From: the human T2T-CHM13v2.0 reference genome, Homo sapiens | Assembly (NCBI RefSeq): GCF_009914755.1 | Contig: NC_060938.1 | Length of the DNA: 64,000 nucleotides | Direction: 5' to 3' (one strand) | Shown: positions 1-11,252 of the stretch, piece by piece | Numbering within the stretch: the first letter of the stretch is position 1 | How the letters are laid out: every line of letters starts with the position of its first letter | The notes under the pieces: generated by a model | The model's input: only the letters and a program-made list of their open reading frames with translations | Databases searched by the model: none | Told to the model about the DNA's origin: nothing | Made by a program: the position numbers and the translations under genes

Positions 1-521
1 GCACAACAAACAGGAAACTAGCAAAATGGAGGCCCCACCTCACCCACTTCACATATTATGCAGATTTAAAAAATGATTTATTGAATGATTTGTTCTAATT
101 TTAAAGTCTAGGAATAAACTTCCCATTTTTTTCAGATCTTTCACTGAGATATGTCTGATTTAAATGGAAAGGCTCGGAAGCAACACCTAAGAAGCTTCTA
201 TTCAGGTCTGAAAGCCACATTCACTGATTCTAAGAAGTGAGCGGGGAAGACAGGATAAAACAGGATAAGTGAAGCTCTTTGCTTGAGGCTTGAGAAGTTG
301 ATAAAATTTTAAGAACTGCTTAGAAAGTGTATTTACTTAGCAAGTCCAAAGATTCACTGGTAAGAACTAAGACTTTTCACTGTCAGGAATCATTAAAAAT
401 TTCCTTTGTTTAAATAATTTGTATCAAACTACCTCTGGCAAATAGAGATCATAAATATACGTACACGGTTCTATGGGCTTACTTGGGAAACTATGTTTTG
501 AATATTTAAAAGAGCCCACAC

Positions 522-567
522 TGGTGTTTTGCTTCTTTTATAGGTGGTGTTTTGCTTCTTTTATAGG
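522..567. repeat. Perfect 23-bp tandem duplication
   Basis: tggtgttttgcttcttttatagg occurs twice in tandem. Confidence 0.95.
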
Positions 568-608
568 CAAAAATATCAATATTCTAACATAAGGTAAAAA
601 ATACTTAC

Positions 609-786
609 CTGCACCAATTTCTGTAAACCATGAAGATGCAGAGTTCAAATTGATTGTCTCAAACTGAACTACCTGATTCGATTCAGTGCCTTTGCTAATA
701 GCTACACAGACCATAGGGTATTCCTGTTCAGGTATCACCAGCATTTCAAAAACATTCAAAGGACTTGGCAAAGGAAAATCAAAGTG
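609..786 (-). CDS. MAP4K5: MAP4K5 coding exon (~exon 28, 178 nt): HFDFPLPSPLNVFEMLVIPEQEYPMVCVAISKGTESNQVVQFETINLNSASSWFTEIGA
   Basis: tttgcag|CACTTT...GCAG|gtaagt; inside ORF 538..885. Confidence 0.95.
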
Positions 787-1176
787 CTGCAAAAAAAATA
801 AACAATAGAGCCATAATTCAGAAACAATCTCCCCATTCATACCACTGTTGAATAAAGTCAACAGAAAGACTCCTATCTTCTTCATTTATCTAGTTCTAAA
901 AAGGATTACCTCTAAGATGATAAGAAGGATGAATGTTCTATAAAAATGTGTTTTAGATAATTAGCCATATTAATCTTTATGACTGATGGTTCTGGAAGTT
1001 TATTATCAGTTAAAGAGTAAATCCTAAGAACACAAAAACCTCTAAATCAAATAAACAACTACAAATAACTATAAATGTTCTGACCCTAGATAGTAGTATT
1101 GGGATCTGCTAATTTTAGCTTCAGTTATACACTAGTGTTTTCTAAAGGAAAAAAATGTGAACAAAATAATATATAC

Positions 1177-1280
1177 CTTTATCAACATGAATTTCTGCAT
1201 TGGCTCATACCACTGAAGTAAAACAATTCCAGACTGTAAAGCTCCACAGAGGTATTTATGTCCCGTGTAAGGGTTTCTGA
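1177..1280 (-). CDS. MAP4K5: MAP4K5 coding exon (~exon 27, 104 nt): (V)[34 protein letters not shown]
   Basis: tttccag|TCAGAAAC...ATAAAG|gtatat; inside ORF 1132..1317. Confidence 0.95.
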
Positions 1281-1584
1281 CTGGAAAGAAATAAACAAAC
1301 AAAAAACCCAGACACACTCAAAATACTGAATACTTTCATTGTATCTGTTAACCAGGATGACAAGAGTGGGCAGAAAATAAAAAAAGACTGTGTCTTTTCT
1401 TTTGGCTTCATTGCCTTTTCCGTTTTACTTTCTTATCTCAATTTTAAATTATATATGTTTACTTCTAAACAACTTGCATATACTAGGTTGTTAAACATAA
1501 GAACTTTTGACAAGCACAATAACAACCTAACATGCAACCTAAAAAGGTGTTTTTTTCCCTTCCTCACTCCCTCCCGTCCTCCTT

Positions 1585-1847
1585 CTTTCTTTTTAAAGAG
1601 ACAGGGTCTTGCTCTGTCATTCAGGCTAGAATGCAGTGGCACAGTAATAGCTAACTGCAGCCTCAATCTCCCAGGCTCAAGCAATCCTCCCACATCAGCC
1701 TCCTGAGTAGCAGAGACTATAGGTGTATGCCACCATGCCCAGCTAATTTTTCAATTTTTTTTTTTTTTAAGAGATGGGGTCTCACTATGTTTCCCAGGCT
1801 GGTCTTGAACTCCTGGACTCAACCGATCTTCCCATCTTGGCCTCCCC
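1585..1847 (-). mobile_element. Alu (AluJ-like)
   Basis: gagacagggtcttgctctgtc...gcctcccc, T-rich tail and mid T-tract. Confidence 0.92.
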
Positions 1848-2652
1848 AAAAAGTTGTTTCTTAGTAAACTCAAAGAATGAGTTCTGACAAGGTCTAGGAG
1901 GCAACTAAAATGCACCTCGTTTTGGTATAGCAGTGTACAGATGTCTACTTAAGATGAAAATAATTCATCTTGTATGTATTAATTTATCATGATGTAATCT
2001 TGACTCAAATCTATAAAAATTCATATTGCTCTTTCCTTCTCCCAAATTTGATTTCCATTAATAATTATAATCATTGATTATAAGAATAGTTATTTGCATT
2101 AAACTCTAAAGTATTATTTATGAGTTTTTATCTTAGATTCCAAGTTTCTAGGCCTTTTGTGCATCACAGATCTTGGGAATCTGATAATAGATATTGACAT
2201 GATTCTCCCTAGAAAAATAATATTTATAGCACATTTGTGGTTAAACATTTTTGTTTTACAGTATGGACTATGCTGTGAAACTATTATGTGGCACAAAGAT
2301 CAATGTGTAAATTCACTGATCAAACAAAAGAATAAATAGGAAGTTAGGAACTTAAGATCTGAAGTCACTGAACCTGAATCTGATTCCTAAGCTCTGTTAC
2401 TTACTAGTGACACAATCAGTATTATGGAGTTGTTTAAGGGTTAAATGAGATAATTATGTAGTAAAGAACTTAACCTCACCCAAAAAAGAGGTCTGGTCTC
2501 TGTCCTGCTTCTGGGAGGTAATTGCTAAGCCTTTGGAATGTCATGCTTGACAGGACTGTCTTTGTCTGGGGGACTCTGGTCACTGGATAATATAACAATA
2601 ATGATTCAGGGTGGGGACTGGCTGCACTAGATAGTCTTAATGTGAGGGCTGG

Positions 2653-2877
2653 TCATGCCAGAAATACAAAAAATGTGATTTTGGGTGGGGGCTTTGGGTC
2701 ATGTAACATCAGATGACCTTTAGTGGGGCTGCATACTGAGATCAGCAAGGTGGTCAATCAATCATGCCAGAAATACAAAAAATGTGATTTTGGGTGGGGG
2801 CTTTGGGTCATGTAACATCAGATGACCTTTAGTGGGGCTGCATACTGAGATCAGCAAGGTGGTCAATCAATCATGCC
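2653..2877. repeat. Perfect 109-bp tandem duplication bounded by TCATGCC microhomology
   Basis: 2653-2761 is identical to 2762-2870; a third TCATGCC follows at 2871. Confidence 0.97.
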
Positions 2878-3079
2878 TTTGTGATGAAGCCCCAATAAAA
2901 ACTCTGGACATTGAGGCTCGAATAAGCTTGTGGTTGGCAGTGGTTGGCAATGGTTGTGTGTTCTGCCACATACCAATGCTGGAAAAGTAACGCCATCCAT
3001 TAACCATAGGGAGAGGACAACAGAAGCTCCATGTTTGGTATTTTTCCTGGACTCTGCCCTATGTACTTCTTCCCTTGGC

Positions 3080-3197
3080 TGATTTTAATCTATATTCTGT
3101 CCCTGTTCTAAACGGTAATGATTTTAATCTATATTCTTTCCCTGTTCTAAACGGTAATGATTTAAATCTATATTTTTTCCCTGTTCTAAATTGTAAT
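3080..3197. repeat. 3 x 39-bp tandem repeat
   Basis: tgattttaatctatattct(g/t)tccctgttctaaacggtaa at 3080, 3119 and 3158 (third copy more diverged). Confidence 0.93.
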
Positions 3198-3690
3198 CGT
3201 AACTATGAGTATAACTGCTTCCAGTTCCGTGATACCTTCTAGTGAATTTTTTTATTCTGGGGGTAGTTTTGGGAATCCCCTAACTTGCAATTGGTATCAT
3301 AAGTGAGGGTGTTCTTGTGTGAACTGTTCCCTCTAACTGCATAGTTGGCTCAACTCCTGTAAACATGTTCATAAAACATGGGTGGTAACTGGTAGATGGC
3401 AAATATTAAATAAATGAAAGTTAGAATATTAGCAAAGATACAGCCTCAGGGACTATGGTTAAAAAACTCTAGGAACACTATGCTCTGAGAAAACGCTAAG
3501 GTTATTATCTCTAAGCATTTCTATGCCATGTCTGTCTATATTCTTGTACTTCAATGGCAGCTTAACTTCTTACTAAACACAAATTTTAAAAACCTACCCT
3601 CCTTCCTATTTGATTCCATACGACTCTTCAGATAATTATAAAGATGTTAAAAGTTCTAACCATTCAGTTTGAGAAATACCATTTACTCAC

Positions 3691-3749
3691 CTATGCAACA
3701 TTTGTGGCAGCCTTTTGTATCAGGAATCTTTGTTGTTAAAGCGAATTTT
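3691..3749 (-). CDS. MAP4K5: MAP4K5 coding exon (~exon 26, 59 nt): KFALTTKIPDTKGCHKCCI
   Basis: ttttcag|AAAATTC...ATAG|gtgagt. Confidence 0.95.
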
Positions 3750-4108
3750 CTGAAAACGTAAGACGATATAAATGCACTCTACAGTAGTGGTTACAACACA
3801 ATGATTTGTAAATCAGTTGCATCAGAATCAGACAGAAAGGAGCTTAAAAAACTGTCTTGGATCCTAACTCCACACTATCTCATCTTATAGGACTGAGGAA
3901 GGGCCTGACAGTCTGTATTATAAAACTTCCACAGTTGATTCTCATGGTCAAGTTCAGAAAACGTTCAGCTTTTCCAGATATAATACACTTTAGTTTAAAC
4001 TACCTTTGAAAATTAAGACATAGTTTTTTACTGGGCAAGAAATACGGGCTATTTTTAAAATAAACACTAATTCCCCTCATTCAGTAGAATCAAAATGATA
4101 TTTTGTAC

Positions 4109-4223
4109 CTTGGTAGTATTCGGTCTGGAAACCTGTGAGTTTGAATATGGGCAGCTAATCCTGGTTTTTTGGCATGTTCAAACAAAGCTATAAGATTGTG
4201 AGAGTAGAGCTGAAAGGTTTTTC
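4109..4223 (-). CDS. MAP4K5: MAP4K5 coding exon (~exon 25, 115 nt): (G)KTFQLYSHNLIALFEHAKKPGLAAHIQTHRFPDRILP(R)
   Basis: tttatag|GAAAAACC...CCAAG|gtacaa. Confidence 0.95.
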
Positions 4224-4306
4224 CTATAAAAGAAAAACATGTTACCTTTTTGAGAATCATTTACAGCAGAGAAATACAATTTTCGAGAAAAAGAAAACGT
4301 AATTAC

Positions 4307-4309
4307 CTT
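4307..4309 (-). CDS. MAP4K5: MAP4K5 3-nt microexon (AAG); adds one Glu (SLSGKTF becomes SLSEGKTF)
   Basis: ctctcgttttag|AAG|gtaatt, with a long AG-free U-rich tract upstream. G+AAG+GA gives GAA GGA, which explains the Glu I recall in the reference protein. Confidence 0.8.
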
Positions 4310-5717
4310 CTAAAACGAGAGTCCAGTAATGTTCAAAAAGCCAAGCAAAATAGAAAAACACACACAAAAAAACCCTCAGTTAATACTATTTTGAAAGACA
4401 ATAGATAAAATGTTTTTAAATTAACAGATAATTTTAATTCAGAATATATAAATTAGGTACTAATAGGTGATCTGGGCAGACTAAACCTTAATGATGCCAG
4501 CACACAAAAAGAAATTGTTGTACAAAATCTTATGTTATGGACTGAGTTACAATGATGTACATGTGATTATTTTAATACAAGATGGAAAATTCTATAAAGC
4601 TATATTATTATTTCTCTGGGACAGACCTATTTATCAATAACTTAACAAATTACCTTGGATTAAAAATCATTGTGAATGAAGTCTTAAATATAACAGATGG
4701 AAATACTTAAAAAAGTAAAACCAACCAATATTATAAGCCATGATACAAGGATAACAGGGCTACAATTCCATATAATAAAAAATATGGCTGTATTAAGTAA
4801 GAGGGATGGATATGGTAAACATCATCTGATTTCTCACTATATATGGTATGATAATATAACAATACAAAACAATATTTATCTTTTTATTATTAGAAAACAT
4901 ACATATATACACACACATATACACAGTTTTATCCTCAACAAAATTATCTGTATGTTCTCAGAACAGAAATATTCTGCCTAAACATTAAACACCCTTCCTT
5001 TCTCCATTTCCCCAATCTACATAGTTTGCTACCCAGCTAGCCAGGCAGCTAAACACACATGTACATGCCTCCTATTGGGCGTTGCTATCTAAGATGTACC
5101 CTGTGTAATTTTTAAGCTTATTTCCAAAGACAAGTATGAGTAGGGATAAGCAGTAAGAGAGTTAGAGAAAAGTTTATATGACACAATTCATAATTGTCAA
5201 CTCAAACAGAATTGGCTTTATTTTCATAACAGTAATATAAAATATTAACATATTAATATTTTACCAAACAAAAGTAAAAAAGATTTTGGGGAAGCATAAT
5301 TAAAATATATTAAATATTCTTTTGAGGACTCCAGCTTTTTAGAAGCCATTTAACACACAATCAAATAATATGCTCTCCATAAACAGTGTTATTAGCTCAA
5401 ATATACAGATTCTTAAAAAATCTCTACTAGAGAGAAATAATAATTAACTATCTTGTACTCTACTACCAAAATGAAAGCAATCAGCAAACTTCTTGGTAGT
5501 CATTTAAATCTAAAATATAAGAAAATATTTTTTTCATAGGTAAGAATTAAAAAAAAAAAAAAAAAGCCTAAAACACCACCTACCCAACCGTTCACCCCTA
5601 ATAATAACCAAGAAAGAATAAAATGAGGTTACCCTGGAATCTTGTTCAGAAGACCTTAAAGAATCAGTCCAAGATAGTTAATGTGTGTCCAGAACAACAT
5701 GAATTTCACCAGCAAAC

Positions 5718-5870
5718 ATCTGTATAAGACTCTACAGTTTACTAAGCACTCTGGATATTATCTCATTTAACTCTCACAACCTCATAAGGCTGTACTGTTA
5801 CCCCATCATCCTCATTTTATAATTAAGATAAATGAGGCTGAGAGACAGTGACTTGTTCAGGATCGCAGAG
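5718..5870 (-). mobile_element. MIR SINE
   Basis: tatctcatttaactctcacaac...cctcattttata...aatgaggctgagagacagtgacttg core. Confidence 0.75.
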
Positions 5871-6227
5871 AAAGAAAATAGTGTGATCCTCTGCTTCTTT
5901 CCTGTTAATTCCCAAAGGAGGCCAGGAGTGGTGACAGTGATAGTGGAGGAGGCTGAGTGGAAGGGAAAGGCCTCTAGTGATAAGCACTGTGATACCCTTC
6001 AGGTGTTTAGATGCTGGGTGGGTTTGGAAAGTGCAGCCCTAACTGAAGACAGGATCCCTTCCCAAAGTTTCTTCCCATTCTAGGTGGGTAGCAAATATCC
6101 ACAAGTCCCAGAGTTACTATATTAGATTATAGTCATCCAGAATTACAAATAACATTTAAAAATGGTGTATATTAAAATTACATTTCTCTGCTTATCTATG
6201 GTTTATTTTTCATCATCACATACATAC

Positions 6228-6288
6228 CTGATAATGACATTAAAGTATTATTGATAACATACAGCCAAGTACACTTCCGTGGAAATAA
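6228..6288 (-). CDS. MAP4K5: MAP4K5 coding exon (~exon 23, 61 nt): LFPRKCTWLYVINNTLMSLS
   Basis: ttcttag|TTATTT...TCAG|gtatgt. Confidence 0.95.
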
Positions 6289-6576
6289 CTAAGAAAAAGA
6301 AGATAATTAAGATTCTCTCATTGTCATTATTTTAATCTTTTAAATTCCAACATTCTGAAATCATATAAAAATAACTATTTTCTAACTTTCAGGTAATTAT
6401 CAAACCCTTAAGAAAAAAAATCTTTCAACATGAACATGCAAAGAGTACAATTTTATCCCTTTAAATATTTAAATCATAAAAATTAAAATTGGGGCCTACA
6501 CAGATTGATTTAAAATTAAGACACTTCTTTATTCAATTTGTTTAAATTAATTTCTTGAATTAAAATGCCTAATTAC

Positions 6577-6656
6577 CTGTTCCATCGTTGCCTCATGTAG
6601 CTCATTGAGATTCAGTGTGTAAATACCATCTTCAGTTCCAAAAATAATGTACTGAT
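6577..6656 (-). CDS. MAP4K5: MAP4K5 coding exon (~exon 22, 80 nt): (D)[26 protein letters not shown]
   Basis: attttag|ATCAGTAC...GAACAG|gtaatt. Confidence 0.95.
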
Positions 6657-7012
6657 CTAAAATAGTTGAGATAAATCACCAGAATTTACCATCATCTTCT
6701 GAAATCATTCACTAAAATAATGACTTTACATTGTAATGGCATCAAGAATTAGCCACCTATCCATCTAAAATAAAATTATTTTCTTAAATTTGTATCACCT
6801 TCTTTACCTCTTTCCCCAATTCCTTTCTTATTTTTTAAAAGCAGATATATTCTATGTTAGACTAACTCACTCTGACTTTATCTTACTATATAACCCTGCC
6901 TTTCAACATAATTTTTGTATTTTAAGATTTTTATAGTTACACATTTTTGCAAGACACCTCAAACACTCTTTTGACCAAGGAAACAAAAAATTAATATAAA
7001 TTATAAATCACG

Positions 7013-7790
7013 ACACACTAGAAATAATGAGCACACCTAGTATCCAGATCTTGGTTTCTAAATATTACTTTCCACTAAAAAGAACCAGGGCTTCTTAGAG
7101 AAAGACTGCTTCCAATTCTGGGGCAATAAAAGTAGATGCTGAGCCTAGAAATCTTGCTGTGCCAGAAAGTAAAGAAGTGCTAAAAAATGATGAGGACATT
7201 TCAAACAAAAGAACACAGGCATTCCCACTGCTCAAAAATTCTGGGACAATTTAAGTGTGAAAATAAATAATAGAGATAGATCATATCGCATGGAATAAAA
7301 TAAGAATTAATAAGTTTAAACTGATATAAATAAACGAATGAATAAGTGGGAAAGAAGATAAACTGTCAATGGCTATCAACAGATTGTCAATGGATGCTAA
7401 ACTGAGTGAGTGAAATTCTGAATGGCAATAGTATAATTATAAACATAATCTCAGTGCATCTCCATATTAATTACCTATAAATCAGAAAGGAAAAAATAGT
7501 AACCTGAGAATGGAGAAGGCTAGTGAACACTGCTTTAACCAACAGATCGATATTAACATCACTAGTATTTGGACAAGCTGATACCATGTATCTCCTGATA
7601 TGATGTACTGAGAAGATGCACAGTAACATTTCTGTGTTATTCCCATCAAAAATGCATAACCTGATTCAAGCATGAGGACTCATTATACAAACCCCAATTA
7701 AGGGACATTCTACAAAATAAGTGGCCTCAAAAAAGTTGACATCAGAAGTTGAGGAATTGTTTTACACTAAAAGAGACTAAATAATAAAAA
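7013..7790 (+). mobile_element. Old L1 3' end (L1MC-like)
   Basis: cacacctagtatccagatcttggtttctaaatat...aagaaccagggct and gggacattctacaaaataa motifs typical of L1MC 3' UTRs. Confidence 0.65.
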
Positions 7791-7949
7791 ATCAGCTGGG
7801 AGAGGTGATACACACCTGTGGTCACAGCTATTTGGGAGGCTGAGGCACGAGGATTGCCCAAGCCCAGGAGTTTGAGCTGCACTGAACTATGACTGCACTA
7901 CTGAAGTCCAGCCTGGGCAACAGAACAAGACTCTGTCTCTAAAAAAAAA
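7790..7949 (+). mobile_element. Alu right arm (FRAM/AluJ-like)
   Basis: gggaggctgaggcacgaggattg...ccagcctgggcaacagaacaagactctgtctc followed by an A-tail. Confidence 0.88.
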
Positions 7950-7955
7950 TTATTT

Positions 7956-7958
<3 letters not shown>

Positions 7959-8008
<50 letters not shown>
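7959..8008. repeat. (AC)25 microsatellite
   Basis: direct count of units. Confidence 0.97.
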
Positions 8009-8017
<9 letters not shown>

Positions 8018-8942
8018 CCCCCTCTGTCATACTTTTTAATAGTGGCATTTAAAGCCAATCATTATAACCTGTCTTTATTATTAAGTAGAAACACACATTT
8101 CCTGAAATCCTCTACTGCCTAATAGCTTCTGTTTGCTAATTGCTAGACACTGGGGTAGGCTTGTTCCTTCCTTGAAATAAAGTAAATATCGGGAGTGATT
8201 CATGTTTCAAACAATCACACTGAAAAGCAGAGGTGTTATGTTTGTTTTCAAAGTCACATGGTAATGACAGAGTGGGAATCCAAACCCAGATTTATTTGAT
8301 TCCAAATTTTTGCCTCTGAAAATGTTTCCTCACTTCAGAAACATAGTCTACATTTTAAAAAAGTTATTTTAACATCATTTCAGATGTACAGAAAAGTTGT
8401 AATAGTACAAATAATTCCTAAATACCTGTAACACAAATTCCACAAATGTTGAACATTTACTACTTCTGCTTGATCCTTCTCTCTTCCTTATGTAAATGTT
8501 TGTTTTCTGAGCTGTTTAAGATAACTTATGAGCATGATGCCTCTTTACTTTGAAATATTTGTGTACATTAAGGAAAAAAAGTCATATAACCACAAGACAT
8601 TAATACTTAAACAATAAACAAGGTTATCTATAATTCTTACTAATTGAGATTATAAATTGTCCCAATAACGTCCTTTTACGGTAAAAGAAAATTCTAAATT
8701 AAGGATGCAATCAGTTGTGATTTCTCTTTAGTCCTTTAATCAAGAATAGCTCCTATACACTCCTAAATTTTAACGCCTTTAAACCAAAACCCTATTGACC
8801 TATTTAGGTTGTTGCAGGTTCCTATACCATTAGGTCTCTAAAGTCGTATTTTTAAAATAAACAACTTCAAGTCACTGATCATAAAGATCTTTCCCATAAT
8901 AAATATTTTATTGGAGATGTATATAAAATTCAAACATTTTAC

Positions 8943-9027
8943 CTTTTGTATCAGGATGTATCCAGGATGTTGCACAATTAATTTTCAAAGGACAGCCATC
9001 AAAAACTTTTGAAAAGCATGCTCCCAT
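8943..9027 (-). CDS. MAP4K5: MAP4K5 coding exon (~exon 21, 85 nt): [28 protein letters not shown] (start of CNH domain)
   Basis: aaataag|ATGGGA...AAAAG|gtaaaa. Confidence 0.95.
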
Positions 9028-9940
9028 CTTATTTATAAAGAAAGAAATGTTAACTTATTTGATTAGAAAATTTTATATATTCTTGGAAAATAACTAACAT
9101 CATTGAAATACCAAATTAACTCTTATTTGCGTATGCTTGTTGTTTCATTCCAAAACAAAATTCATATTTTCACATCATTAAACCCCTACTACCAAGACAG
9201 TCTCATATTCTTTCCTTTTGTAATCCACTATTTTATGGCACAAATATCAAATTTACCAAAAGATCTACATACATCAATAACATAGTCTAGGAATTTTAAG
9301 TTACTACTATTTTTTAGGACTGACAATTATTAATGTGAAACAATGGATAATTTTATTCAGTAACATTATAGTGATTACAATTGCAGTATAACTCTTTAAT
9401 AGTCATAAGAGACAAAAAGGTTGATATTTATATTATACATTAGACTTTCACTGAATAAAAAAGGACAATGTATAAAGCATCCCATTCATACGATTGGTTC
9501 CCATCCCATTCATGGGATCATGGGGTTCCCATTCACAGATAAGTTCCACTGACTGGCCAGGAAAAATGCATTAATATAAGCTTCCCTGGTTCCTTTTAAT
9601 TGTATATAGTCCAATGTGAAAATCACTTTAGAGGTAGAAAGATATTTAATCCACATCAAGAAGAGGACACAGTACTATTAATATCATCGCATTAAAATTA
9701 AATAGGCCTTTGTAGGCTAATCTGATGACTCAATTGCCAGTATTTACAAAAAGTGAAACACTGTCAATTCCAATTCACACACTCAAATTAGAATACATGA
9801 TGAGATATCCAAATGCATTCAATATCTTTGTATTTTATGATATCTTAACTTTCAAAGGCTCAAGTATATTGATAGCCAATATATTGCTGCTTCTAAAGAG
9901 AGAAAAAACGGCAAATAGTTCACATAAAAATATTCCTTAC

Positions 9941-9982
9941 CAGAACTTTTGGGGTGGGTGGAAGGCCATTGATGGCTGGTTT
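9941..9982 (-). CDS. MAP4K5: MAP4K5 coding exon (~exon 20, 42 nt): KPAINGLPPTPKVL
   Basis: cccatag|AAACCA...GTTCTG|gtaagg. Confidence 0.95.
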
Positions 9983-10150
9983 CTATGGGAAAAATAAAAT
10001 TTACTAGTGTAAGACCTCCTAAGTCTTAAAAAGAAACTTGAGACATTTAGAACTTCTGTTACTTGAATTACTGAATTAAACAGACTATGCCCCTTGCATG
10101 ATAAATATAGTATTATTTACAACTAATTGCTAAATGCCTGTTATACCTAC

Positions 10151-10248
10151 AGGGAAGTCTCGTTTGTCCTTTTTTCGTGGTAACTGTGGTGCTTGTGCTG
10201 ATCCTTCTGTATTTTCACTCATCAGTTTTGAAATACCATCACCATTTC
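10151..10248 (-). CDS. MAP4K5: MAP4K5 coding exon (~exon 19, 98 nt): (G)NGDGISKLMSENTEGSAQAPQLPRKKDKRDFP
   Basis: tctttag|GAAATGGT...TTCCCT|gtaggt. Confidence 0.93.
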
Positions 10249-10678
10249 CTAAAGAGAATCATGTTAAAAGTTGAATGACCACACAAATAAGCACTTTCCT
10301 TGAAAAATTATTTCCCCTTTCTCCCACTATTTGTCTTTCACTTGGGTGATCCTTTATTGGGGAATATTCTCTACTCTCAGGTAAGTTATCTTTGGTGTCT
10401 TTCTCTAGATTCTATAGAGGTAGCATTGCATCTTTAGCAGTGGTCTTAATCCATGTTTTTCCGTATCATGAAGAAAAAAAATCTGACCTACTGACTCTGA
10501 TATGCAAGGCTTTTTATAATTGAACTTCAATCCACCTTTTCAGTTGTATCTTCCAGTATATACCCTTTAAAAGCTCACATTTCTATTATAATAGACTGCA
10601 TAATTCAGATTTCCCAGCTTCAGTGCATTTCATCTACCTACTGAAGGCTCACCAAGCCCTTTAACATCCTGCAGGAAG

Positions 10679-10809
10679 GACCAGGTACGGTCACTCATGC
10701 CTGTAATTCCAGCACTTTGGGAGGCTGGGGCAGGCGGATCACTTGAGCCCAGGGGTCTGAGATTAGCCTGGGCAACACGGCGAAACCCCATCTCTACAGA
10801 AAAAAAAAA
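10679..10809 (+). mobile_element. Alu left monomer (FLAM-like)
   Basis: cctgtaattccagcactttgggagg...gaaaccccatctctac plus A-tail; TSD-like atcctgca on both sides. Confidence 0.88.
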
Positions 10810-11252
10810 TCCTGCAAGAGCTTAGTTTCCTTATTCCCCATCTTTATCTCCCTCAGAAATCTCTGGTCTTCTGTTACATCCAGGTAATTATTTCAGAAGA
10901 CACATACATAAACTGTCTTTCCTAATGTTATGTGTATGTGGGTATACCTTCTGCTGTAGACCCTGAAGTTCTGGGGGCAGAAACATGCATTCACCCTTCT
11001 AGATCCTATAATAAATATTTAGTAAGGATTCAAATTAGGATTGAAGTGAACTGAAATCTATTTATAGCCCATCCATGCAGAATTAAAGAGCCTTTACAAA
11101 GCTTTAAGCTATAATAGGATTGACTAAATAAAAAAGATATTTTTTGAAATAGGAACAAATGACTCTCATTTCAGTTTTCACTTTGATTTATTCACCCAGA
11201 TAACAATATCTAGCCATATGTACCCCATGGCTGCTAATAATGCTAGCCATAC

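Larger units (their letters stand above)
2457..3357 (+). mobile_element. Solo LTR (MER77/MER21-like ERV LTR), apparently inserted into a MIR
   Basis: Starts TGTAGTAAAGAACTTAACC...GAGGTCTGG; internal ccccaataaaaactctggac and cttcccttggctgattttaatc motifs; MIR-like ttaaatgagataat immediately upstream; end coordinate approximate. Confidence 0.65.

Noticed and set aside
538-885. 115-aa ORF as an independent gene (likewise ORFs 1132..1317 and 22646..22876)
   Set aside because: Each is a MAP4K5 exon read through into intron sequence on both sides
4224-4226. Extra residue arising from a 3-nt acceptor shift (giving SVGK)
   Set aside because: There is no AG 3 nt upstream (ttttatag), so this is not a NAGNAG site; the AAG microexon at 4307-4309 explains the extra residue better
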